Virus record (IMG/VR): IMGVR_UViG_3300024503_000015
Location: 62,001 to 126,000 of that record
Direction: 5' to 3' (one strand)
DNA: 64,000 nt
The position numbers and the translations under genes are program-made. Below the pieces are notes generated by a model. That model did no database searches. It had not been told where the DNA came from and saw only the letters and a program-made list of their open reading frames with translations. Each line of letters opens with the position of its first letter. Positions within the stretch are counted from its first letter, which is position 1. Below are positions 11,901-20,400 of this stretch, piece after piece.

Positions 11901-14900
11901 GGAACTGCTCCTCCGTCAATTGTACCAACGATATCGTCAACGATTGTACCAATTTGTGCAACTGCACCGCCAACTGCATAGCCTTTTAATTTGTATTTTA
12001 AGAACTTAATTAGTCCAAGACTTGCACTTAACTGGTTTGCCAGCACGATTGCTGTCGAAGATATTGCTCTATGATAACTACGTCCAATAGTGATTGCGGC
12101 AAAATTACTGCCAAACATCATGTCGTAGCCGATACCATCTACCATGTATCCAATGTCTCGACTGCAAGTTGTTTCGTCGTAGGATAGATAGTGATGGAAT
12201 TTCTGTACATAACCAGTACCATCTAGTTGAATTTCAGATTTACGATCTTGTAAAATGTTAAATCCTGCTACTAATGCTGGATCAACCCAACTTGTATCTG
12301 GTGCTATAGCAGTTCCTGCTTCGCCGTTGTTAATCCAATCTATAATATCTTGTACACGAGCCTGTGCAAATGCTGCCGCAGTTGCATCACCGCCTGTTCC
12401 AGATGTTACCTGAGGTGTTGTGTTACCAGACTGTGGAGTTACAGAAATTCTTTGTGCAACATCGTCGATAATGCTCTTTAAGAATGTGTATGCGGCCACT
12501 GTTGCGGCTGTTTCGCTAGAACTAATAGTTAGATTTAAACCACTGTAATATGCACTACCGGCAATTAAAGTCTGTGTGTTACCACCGTAGGTTAAATCGT
12601 AACGAATTGCGTCAAGGATGTAGCCAATATCGCGTTGGCAAGCGGCTTGTCCTGTTGCGCCAAGTGCTGTCCAAACAACAGCATAGTTGTTTTGAATGTA
12701 TCGGCTAACATCTGCTTTAATGAAAGCATAGTTATTTGCAATCTGTGTTCTTGCATTTAAGAAATCTACATCAAGATTAGTTGGATCTGTGATAACTTCT
12801 GCTGGGACAGCATCCAAACCGTTGTTTAGAATGTCGTAGGCTGTGTTAGCACTTAGTTCAATTCTATCAATTGCTACGGAATTACCCACTGAACCTGTAA
12901 CACCAGTAGTAATTTCTTTTACTGATGCTCCAATAAAGCCGATTACACCTATTGTTGGCAATAACTGTTGTGCAATTACTGTCTGTGTTGATGTAATTCC
13001 TCTGTAATAGCTCATTGCGTTCCATGAACTTAGGAAGTTACTACCAAACATTAGGTCGTAGCATAATGCATCAATAATATAACCCACATCTCGTGAGCAT
13101 GTAGATGCTGTATAGATTAAATCTGGATATGTTGCATTGATCCAGTTGATTGCGGCTGATTTAATTCTTGTTTTTGCCGCTTGAATATTAGTATTCTTAG
13201 TTGTAAGATCACTTGCTACCCAAGTAATATCTGGAGCAACTGTTGTTGGCTCTGTTCCTGTATTGATTGTGTCGTACAATTCTTGAATACGTGTTTGTGC
13301 ATCTGTTGCGGCGCCAGCACTACCGGCTGTGCCGCTAGTTACTTGACTTACAACGTTTCCTGAGCTAGGTGTAATTGCAAGACCTTTTGCAATATCATCG
13401 ATAATAGTTTTTACATAAGCCCATAGTGCCAATGCTTGAGATTTTTCACCTACTTCAACTAACACACCGTTGCTATAGTAAGAACGTGCGGCAATTTGTG
13501 TTGCTAGGTTGCCACCATATGTTAAGTCAAAAGTTAGTGCGTCTACAATGTAGCCAACGTCACGTTCGCAAGTTGTTGCATCGTAGATAAATCCGCTGAA
13601 CGGAGAGACAGAACCTGCAATTTGTACATTAATCCATGCTGTAACTTCTGCTTTTAAGAATGCTTTGTTAGCAAGAATTAATCTTGCGGCATGGAAGTAT
13701 CCAGAAGTATAAGCGTTGCTACTACCACCAGTTGGTGTTGGTAGGTCAAAGGTAGGAACTGCGGTTAGTCCTGTTGACAGAATGTCTGTCATTACACCAA
13801 TATTTGATGTAATTGTATCTGTACCTGCGCTGGCTTTTAATACTGCATTCTTAACAAAATCTACAGTACCTAAAGTCTGTGGTAATTGATCTGCTAAAAC
13901 AACTCCGGTTGATGCAAGGCCTCGTTGATATGCCATACCTGCTTTTGCAGACATAAAGTTACTGCCAAACATAACATCGTATGCTAGTGCATCAACCATA
14001 TAGCCAACATCACGTGAACATAATGCTTGGTCGTAATCTAATGTTGGATAATTTGCATTAATCCAAGCAATAGCACCTATTTGAATATTTGTTTTATCTG
14101 CAACAATAGCGTTAAATGCTGTTAACAATCTTGGACGAACCCAACTTGTGCTTGGAGCAATAGTTGTTGGCTCTGTGCCTGTATTGATTGTGTCGTACAT
14201 TTCTTGGATACGTGCTTGTGCAAATGTTCCTGCGGCTGCACCGCCTGGTGTTCCAGAAGTTACCTGTGAAGATGAAGTTGTTTTTGTCCATCCTGCTGTA
14301 TTACCTACAGCAATATTGTCGATAAACGATTTAATTCTTGTTTGAACAGCCAATGCTTGATCTTTTTCGCCTGTTTCAACAAAAATGCCCTTGCTGTAGT
14401 AAGAACGTGCGGCTACCTGTGTTGCTAAATTGCCACCGTAGGTTAAGTCATATACCAATGCGTCTACAATATAACCAACATCTCGTTCGCAGGCTGTTTG
14501 TCCTGCGCCGCCGTATGTAAATCCAACGAATGGAGAGATGTTTCCAGAAATCTGTGCATTAATCCATGCACTAACTTCAGACTGAATAAATGATTTGTTA
14601 GCAAGAATTAATCTTGCGGCATTGTAATAATCTGCATCATAAGCATTACCTGTTCCACCAGTTGGTGTTGGGTATACAAATGCTGGAACAGAACTTAGGC
14701 CGTTTTCTAAAATTGCTTTGATTGATGCAATATTAGTTGTTACAGAATCTAATGCAATAGTTTCTGTGACATTAAACATAAACTCTTGTGTTGCTGTGTT
14801 GCCTTCTGTTGGCACAATAGAGTTGTTTGCTACTAAGTTTGGTGCAACTGCCTTAATTCTTTCTAGTGCAGAAATAGTTTTTGGCTTGTCATTAACTAAA

Positions 14901-17413
14901 TTTGCAATAGCAGGCTTAGGACTGATAACAGTTGAACGTAGTTCATCACCAACAACTGCGGTATTCTTTGGAAGAACGATTGGCAACACTTCGTAGAATG
15001 TACCAGTCTTAACGCTGATTGTTGTGTTTGAAAATACTGCCGCTGGAATTGCTGTGGATGTTCCTGCTAGGATACCGTCAGTAACAATAGTCAATAATGA
15101 TTGTGCTGTAGTTACTGTGTCTGCTTCCGCAGTTAATGTACTGTCAATAATCTGAGCTACTGCTGTGTTTAAAGCAACACCGTTAGCCAATTGATAATTA
15201 ATTTCTGGTGGGTTGTTGTTTAAAACATCTTCCACTAAATCTTTCATGTAATTGTATGCGGCAACAGTTTGAGTAATCTGTTGTCCAAAGTTGCTGTTAA
15301 TATATGCACTACCAGCAGTGGTATAATAGGCCTTGGCTGCTTTAGTTGCTTCTTCATTACCACCGTGGCCGATATCATAAATTAGTGCGTCTACTAACAG
15401 GCCAACATCGCGTTGGCAGAAATCATAATCGTAGGATAATGATCCAGTCATTGATGCTGTTTGTGTTGTTAGTGTAGAAACTGTACCACCTTGTGTAGAA
15501 CTAATTGTAAAGTGTGAGCCGTCTACAACTGTTTTAACAAAATATTTTGTTCCAGCAGTTACACCGCCAACTGTTCCTGAGAACTCAATAGGCATATTTG
15601 CTGTTAAGTTTGTTGTGTCGTCTGCTGTAAATTCATTAGTTGCCGCAGAACTTGCTGTAATTGCTACAGAATATGTGTTAGTAACCCAGTTACTAACTTC
15701 TTTCATAATGAATTGTTTGTTCTTTGCCAACAATTCTGTTGCTTGTCTATTTCTGTAACCTTTTTCAATTTGTTCACAAGCATAACGCACAGTCTTCCAA
15801 GGCTTATCAATTGTAAGACCTTGGCCATCTTCAAGACTATCTGTTCCCAGTGGAGCAACATATACTAGGTTATTAATAACACCGTAGTACGCCCATGTAG
15901 GATAGCCACCGCTAACACGCAATATTTGACCTTCTGTGCCCACTGGCAGTCTTGTTGGTCCTGTTGTACCGTAGTAATATGTGTCGCCTGCTGTGGTTAG
16001 AACTGCTGATTCACTACCAGCAGCCAATAAATTCCAATATGTTGCGGTTGTGTCTGCATCTGGTCTGTTTAATAAACTTGCTGTATGCTCTAATACACAG
16101 ATATAACTGTTTGCACCAAAGAATACTGCATCGCCTTGTACATAATCATGATTCACTGTCCATGTTACAGAATAACCGCTTTCAATAATAATATTATCAA
16201 TTGCGCCAGCAGTTACTCCGTCTACTGTCAATGTTAAATCGTTGGCTGGGCTAATACCACCGACGCTTGTACCAGAGATAACAATTTGATCTCCGTCTGA
16301 ATAATTTGTTCCTGTGTTGTTTTTAACAACTGTATAAACAGTTCCTGTACGTGTAATATCGAAAGTTGCGGCCGAGCCAATGCTTGGGCTAACTGATGTT
16401 CCAGATACTCCAGTATATGTTGTTGACACATTGGTCCACTTAATACCTGTGTTTAATCTGTTCCAATAAGTTAAATTTGGTGGCTCTTGATTTGTGTTGT
16501 CTGCTATTGCCAGGTAAGTATAACTTCCTAATCTTACAACATCGCCTACTTTATAAGCAGTAGACGAAACCCAATCACCGTTAAAATTAAATCCAGTAGT
16601 ATAGACGTCCCAGTATGCTGTCGCTGTACTTGGATTTTGATTTGTATGATTTTGTGTGGCAATATATGAATAACCACCATATGTTACCACATCGCCTTCT
16701 TGGTAGACTGTAGAAGAACTCCAAGAATCTTCAAATTGAAGACCTTCAACAAATACTCCCCACTTAGTATCATCAAAAGTTGTGCTGGAAGTGTGTTGTG
16801 TTGTACAGATCCAAGTGTTGGCGCCGTACTTAACGATATCATTAATTTTGTAGCGTACAGAAGAATTCCATACACCTAGATATTCTAAGCCACTGTTGAA
16901 TACAGTCCACTTACTTTGGTCTGCTTCGAGACCTAATGATGCTGTGGCAGCAGATGTGTGTGCTGTATTACAAATATATGTAATACCGCCATACGAAACA
17001 AAGTCATATACGCGGTAACGAGTCGAGGTTGCCCACTCGCCTGTCCAGTAAAACGATTCTGCAAATGCTTCCCACTTGCTTTGATCTGCTTCTAAGCCCA
17101 GTGTTGTGGTTGCCGCAGATGTATGAGAAGTTAAACAAATATAAACTAAGCCGCCGTACTTAACTTGGTCGCCTTTATTATAATAAGTAGAAACGTCCCA
17201 GTCGCCCTGCCAACTAGTACCGTCACTGACTAGATTCCATTTTGGTGGATTTGCGTCACTATCAGTGACAAATAAACTTGCTGAAGTATGATTTATAACA
17301 CAAATATAACTCTTACCACCGATGTTGACTACGTCGTCAACTACGTAAGAAGTACTTGGTGTCCAATCACCTTTCCAAACAAATTTAATTCTACCTAATC
17401 TAAATTCTGCCAT
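5906..17413 (-). CDS. Giant (3835 aa) tail fibre / virion structural protein
   Basis: N-terminal W..T.Y..GD.V.YGG..Y.C...HTS repeats (CBM5/12-like), ten CxRD helical repeats, beta-helix-like segments, W..VAYG.G.FVA propeller repeats, C-terminus shared with 17462-25474; late promoter and GAGG RBS upstream. Confidence 0.75.
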   Translation of the reverse strand: MAEFRLGRIKFVWKGDWTPSTSYVVDDVVNIGGKSYICVINHTSASLFVTDSDANPPKWNLVSDGTSWQGDWDVSTYYNKGDQVKYGGLVYICLTSHTSAATTTLGLEADQSKWEAFAESFYWTGEWATSTRYRVYDFVSYGGITYICNTAHTSAATASLGLEADQSKWTVFNSGLEYLGVWNSSVRYKINDIVKYGANTWICTTQHTSSTTFDDTKWGVFVEGLQFEDSWSSSTVYQEGDVVTYGGYSYIATQNHTNQNPSTATAYWDVYTTGFNFNGDWVSSTAYKVGDVVRLGSYTYLAIADNTNQEPPNLTYWNRLNTGIKWTNVSTTYTGVSGTSVSPSIGSAATFDITRTGTVYTVVKNNTGTNYSDGDQIVISGTSVGGISPANDLTLTVDGVTAGAIDNIIIESGYSVTWTVNHDYVQGDAVFFGANSYICVLEHTASLLNRPDADTTATYWNLLAAGSESAVLTTAGDTYYYGTTGPTRLPVGTEGQILRVSGGYPTWAYYGVINNLVYVAPLGTDSLEDGQGLTIDKPWKTVRYACEQIEKGYRNRQATELLAKNKQFIMKEVSNWVTNTYSVAITASSAATNEFTADDTTNLTANMPIEFSGTVGGVTAGTKYFVKTVVDGSHFTISSTQGGTVSTLTTQTASMTGSLSYDYDFCQRDVGLLVDALIYDIGHGGNEEATKAAKAYYTTAGSAYINSNFGQQITQTVAAYNYMKDLVEDVLNNNPPEINYQLANGVALNTAVAQIIDSTLTAEADTVTTAQSLLTIVTDGILAGTSTAIPAAVFSNTTISVKTGTFYEVLPIVLPKNTAVVGDELRSTVISPKPAIANLVNDKPKTISALERIKAVAPNLVANNSIVPTEGNTATQEFMFNVTETIALDSVTTNIASIKAILENGLSSVPAFVYPTPTGGTGNAYDADYYNAARLILANKSFIQSEVSAWINAQISGNISPFVGFTYGGAGQTACERDVGYIVDALVYDLTYGGNLATQVAARSYYSKGIFVETGEKDQALAVQTRIKSFIDNIAVGNTAGWTKTTSSSQVTSGTPGGAAAGTFAQARIQEMYDTINTGTEPTTIAPSTSWVRPRLLTAFNAIVADKTNIQIGAIAWINANYPTLDYDQALCSRDVGYMVDALAYDVMFGSNFMSAKAGMAYQRGLASTGVVLADQLPQTLGTVDFVKNAVLKASAGTDTITSNIGVMTDILSTGLTAVPTFDLPTPTGGSSNAYTSGYFHAARLILANKAFLKAEVTAWINVQIAGSVSPFSGFIYDATTCERDVGYIVDALTFDLTYGGNLATQIAARSYYSNGVLVEVGEKSQALALWAYVKTIIDDIAKGLAITPSSGNVVSQVTSGTAGSAGAATDAQTRIQELYDTINTGTEPTTVAPDITWVASDLTTKNTNIQAAKTRIKSAAINWINATYPDLIYTASTCSRDVGYIIDALCYDLMFGSNFLSSWNAMSYYRGITSTQTVIAQQLLPTIGVIGFIGASVKEITTGVTGSVGNSVAIDRIELSANTAYDILNNGLDAVPAEVITDPTNLDVDFLNARTQIANNYAFIKADVSRYIQNNYAVVWTALGATGQAACQRDIGYILDAIRYDLTYGGNTQTLIAGSAYYSGLNLTISSSETAATVAAYTFLKSIIDDVAQRISVTPQSGNTTPQVTSGTGGDATAAAFAQARVQDIIDWINNGEAGTAIAPDTSWVDPALVAGFNILQDRKSEIQLDGTGYVQKFHHYLSYDETTCSRDIGYMVDGIGYDMMFGSNFAAITIGRSYHRAISSTAIVLANQLSASLGLIKFLKYKLKGYAVGGAVAQIGTIVDDIVGTIDGGAVPRFLWPDFTGVDAENYAAAKLIYDNKDFITAETLKYINTNYPAIVYSKSACARDTGYIIDALRYDLTYGGHFASKQAGIAYYSRLTSALQIDSGDKTATLAAYANMKSIVTDIANGGLSSYSALQTNVSYVTGTGGDATSSTRVGALMDVITNIIDTGLTTGVPRITITTIASGTTFTSTAHGLSVGDEVIAQTTANGLVAGTTYYVKTTPLTSTFTLAATYDGTELTSFTNGTGLSIAVEITNLPSTSWVDTNVATQAKVLSTDKASIQSAVTLYIDTNYPNLDYNSATCARDVGYILDALRYDILMGSNFRSIKAGMSYYQAQASLVIGDQKRATLNAYRYLRDAVNLKVESNATALASAKANMDTIIAILDKGVGETPDVVGTTTYHNDPGHIAAAEILRANKTFLENEATAWISYNFGGPTSGTSSSGNVITTTRAHNLSVGDPVKFLANQVSTVATDTTATGNIVTVLSTTGMTVGSKITFTGTGIGNIVSGVTYYILTVESDTEITISASYNGSVFSVGTGTGEMTVVAGAVIGGLAENTQYYVLTVPSTTTFTIGTTAGSITPTSVSTDTGTCTAVYSYDEASCKRDMGEYIDSIIYDINLPGNYKGTRSAVLYNNAVAGSELSDMFQVSNASGLRNCTLSGLNGDLTAENDYGTKRPTGGAYVALNPGFGPWDSKVWVTSRSHYSQNVTMFGVGCTGAKIDAALHARGNKSMVKNDFTTIMSDGIGVWCTGSDSLTELVSVFNYYGYAGYLAELGGRIRATNGNSSYGTYGVIAEGVDVSEVPLYGTVDNQAYQAQITNTVTDALSEVLRLEFGNAGTNYTNTTYTISGSGYNIDAIGDEFRDNTVFESRIIDLDDDNGVGGTSYVTASNAAQSGDKVSITIAATDTALSAAYTGMRIQLTAGTGVGQYANILTYQTGSKIAQVYKDSFTPLTATNTTVTTNLITVASTVTLYDNMPVYFSGTTFGGVSANTAYYVIGSTITSTQFKVAATSGSSTPITLSTASGSMTMYEAGWDHTVPGKTIENTLDLTTQYIIEPRISYTAPGYTATARTLSATATWKELTYGDSKYVAIASSGTTTSYSANGTTWATAGALSASASWVDVVYGGGEGARATAIIGGLGGQGAVFEAVLGVANTTGAATADQVASVNIISGGQGYTTPPVIVFTPVSGGTGAVATCAVLDGEIVSVTVTIPGTGYTVPPTVSAATDRLTQVTVNSWGRNYTGAPSVTVSDPFTGSAWSSGGTVTTGVYIYYVDSGDKNWYYVTSGGTFTTSGPIHTSGSAANGTVTLTYAGTTAVLTPTRTNEGVSGFTVTDTGKGYTTTPTISILDTGARYVAIATSTGDNCYTTSAGILAGSTWTAGTSTGKTDLAGLAYGGGVYVAVGGTASAVSSTSGSLWTSRTIPTLGSGTYSSVAYGAEMFVAISTGNLATAYSSNGTSWTAGGNLPASLSWTSVAYGNGRFVAIASGSKRVAYSIDRGTTWLESPAGLPASTTWSKISYGQGLFFAVATGGTTAATSPDGVTWTLRAMPSSSNWTAVQFGNISSNPLWVAASATSGTVAASIRTGAQATGRAKVASGVVTEIRMLEPGSGYPKGTVTATTVTTNLITVDNTTNLVDSQPIEFYGTSAGGLVEEQTYYVIGSTITSTQFKVSATQGSATPVTLSTATVSGMTYRAGPIYTLTDPNKVKVASLRIRMADGALGNPSFVNRGADNTTATSETQGDGYSDLYQPSNFINIAGLYDIPEAGANVEFDSLPGVYFKLVVVTNELGELGDKTAQFQINPALTVLQAPRHGDRVTTRIKYSQVRLTGHDFLYIGTGNKEQTNYPNVDISTANVANQAQFSAGGRVFFTSTDQDGNFNVGNLFGVQQATGTATLNASAFNLSGLNSLQLGSVELGIGSAIITQFSTDPFFTADSDSVVPTQRAIKAYITAQIGGGQSSLNVNTLTSGIVYIAGNSISTTTGEGIKVTSKMNFTGGIDGAPVALGFFMQR
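10070..15433 (-). repeat. Ten in-frame CxRDxGYxxDAxxYDxxxGxN helical repeats
   Basis: Counted in the translation; copies 2-9 alternate YGG(N/H) and (F/M)GSN endings; identical 29-nt DNA at 13664-13692 and 14594-14622 marks a ~930-nt internal duplication. Confidence 0.85.
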
Positions 17414-17433
17414 TTTATATCATCCTCTGATAG

Positions 17434-17440
17434 TATTTAT
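17434..17440 (-). promoter_or_regulatory. Late promoter (ATAAATA)
   Basis: T4 gp55-type TATAAATA core about 20 nt upstream of the 3835-aa gene. Confidence 0.7.
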
Positions 17441-17461
17441 CTAAACCCAAAAAATGGGATT

Positions 17462-20400
17462 TTATATTGCTCCTGGGCGGTTCCATGTGTTAACAAAGTA
17501 AGAATACGCCATACCGTCACCGTCCCACCCGCCAAATTGTCCGTCAACTGTTACCTTTGTTGGCATATTAACCACTGCGCCTGTTAAGCCTTCCGGAATA
17601 GTGCTGGCAATTCTGTCTGCGCCACCTACTAAAACTGTACCAGCAATCAACTGTCCAGTAAATGTATTAGCACCACCTTGACTCAAACGTCCAGTTAAGT
17701 ATGCCTTAATTGCTCTCTGTGTTGGAATAATATTATTACTGTTAGCAATAAATGTTTCGTCTGTGCTAAACTGTCTAATAACCACACTTGATCCACCAAC
17801 TGCAATACCGCCCAGTGATAGTGTTTCTAGACCTGTTAGTCCGAATTGTGTAGCACTTAAAGTAACAATACCAGTTGCTTGTTCAACACCAAACAAATCA
17901 CCAACTTTAAAGTTACCGTCTTGGTCAGTACTAGTATAGAACACACGACCAAAGTTAACTTCAACTGCCTGATCCTGTGGAGCAAGAACTGTATCTTCTG
18001 GTAGGTTAGGATAGTTACTTTGAATAGCGTTTCCGTAGCCCACATTTAAGAAATCGTGTCCTGTTAATCTTGCCTGGCTGTATTTTGTTCTAATAATAAT
18101 ATTTGCTTCGTGTGCTGGACTTAATTCCACGGTCATATCTGGAGAAATTTCAATATTTGCTTCAATATTTGGTGCTGTTGTTCCATACACAGGGGTAGCA
18201 TTTGTTACTTTATAAATTTTACTGTTTCCTGAAATAACCAAGTTATCACCAGGAGCAGGTAGTTTAGATAAATTCTTAACTATTAATGTTAATCCGGTTT
18301 GGAATGTATCAGCATAGCCACTGCCATTAATTGTAATAATTGTAGAGTTAGTATTATAATCTTGTCCTCTGTTTACAAAAGTTGGATTTCCTAGTGTACC
18401 GTTGCTAATTCTTAATGAAGTAGTTGCAGACACAGTAACGTTTGGATCTCTAAAAGTTAATAATGGAGTACTGGTATAACCTGACCCTGGCTCCCATAAA
18501 CTAATAGATGTAATAGTTCCTGAAGTAATAACTGCACGACCTTTAGTTCTGCAACCTGTTTCAATAATACTACCAACAGTTTGAGCCGCCACTGTAACAA
18601 ATTTTCCTTGGTCGTTGTTTGTGCCTACAAACGCAAATTTAATAGCACCATATCCGTCATCCGATACTGTGCGTTCTGTCCATGCGTAGCCGTCTTCTGA
18701 TGTATATGCAACTCCAGCAGTGCTAGATAGAGCTAAAAATACACCCTGACCATATTCAATTTTGTTTACACCTGAGATAGTATATGGAGATTGTGTCCAT
18801 GTTATACCATCTCTACTGTAAGCAGGTTTAGCACTACTGCTAGAAACTGCAACAAACAAGCCATTACCATAAGCAACGTCGCTCCATGTTGTAGAGCTAG
18901 GTAATGTTGCTGATGACCAACTTGTTCCGTTTGAACTGTAAGATGCAGTAGTACTTACTGTTGAACTAGCAGTTCCTGAAACAGTAAATGATGTAATAGC
19001 GCCGCCAATAGCCGCTACGCCTGTTACAGTAATTGTAATATCGTTTGCTGTGGTTGCTCCGCCAACTGCTGTACCTAAAACACTAACTATACTAGATGTT
19101 GTATAACTAGAACCACCACTATTAACTGTTACTGTATAGCCACTGCTTCTAGCGGTTACATTAAATGTTGCCCCAGATCCACCGCCTGAAGTAGTAGACG
19201 ATGTAACACCTGTATAGGTAGTTCCATCGGATACTGCAACAAATTTTCCGTTACCAAACGTTAGTCCAGTCCAACTTCTTGCAACTAGTCCTGTACCGCT
19301 AGACCATGTACCGCCATAGTTTGAACTGTATGCAGAGCTAGTAGTTTCAGCGGCTATAGCGACAAATTTTCCGTTGCCGTACGCAACTTTACTCCAAGTA
19401 GTCAACGAAGGCAATGTAGTTGTTCTCCAACCTTCTCCGTTGTTAATAGAATATAGTGCAACTGAACCTGGATCTCCAAGGGCGCCACCGCTGGAAATTA
19501 CAACCCAGCGATTGTTACCGTAGGCAATATCTGTCCAAGTTTTTGGACTTGGCAAAGGTATTGCGTCCCAGGTTGCGCCACCGTCTGTCGATTTTCCAGC
19601 AATAGCATTACCACTTGGTAGAGCAATAAATGTGCCATCGCCATAGGCTAATCCTATCCAACTAGTGCCCGGAGCCAATGTATTAGTTGTCGATGCTGTT
19701 TGTGTCAAACTAGGAGCAGATATTGTAACTCTTGGTTCAACATAGTAAACGGTTGAATTATCTAATAACGCTTCTATAGTAGTTCCTGGATTCATATGAT
19801 CCCAACCTACTGCCGCAATGTTCATAGATCCGGTATCTGTTTTTAATGTACTTGCAGTGCCGCCAGGTGTACCGCTGACTGTAAATGTTGAAGTACTATC
19901 GATCGTCTTGACATAATATGTTGTTCCAGCAGATACATCTCCAAACAAATTAGTCGAATATGTACCGTTCATCGAACCGTAACCAATGGTTAGTGTCGAT
20001 TTTGCATTTGTAGTTGTTCCTGTCATCGATCCTGATGCTGTAGACAATGTAAATGCTGCCGCTGTTGTTTTACCCAATACTTCTCCGGTAGCAGTTGAAA
20101 GGTTTAGCGCACTACCTCCAGGAGAAGAACTAATTGTAAATGTTGTTGCATCATTAACGGCTAGAATATAATATGTTGTTTCGTTGACAATACCGCCAAA
20201 TGTATTTCCTGTAAACTTAATTGGATTGTTTGCAACAAATCCTGCTGTTGAGTCAACAGTAATTAAGTTTGTTAAAGTTTCTGTTTCTGTTACAGTTACA
20301 GAAATAACTGTATCTGTAACTGTAAATGTTGAAGAGTTAACAATCTTATTAACATAATACTTTGTTCCAGCAACAATTCCTCCAAACACAACGCCTGTAA

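Noticed and set aside
17443-17462. Possible terminator after the 2670-aa gene
   Set aside because: Weak imperfect stem (ATCCCA/TGGGTT) with a short U tail; not enough to call.
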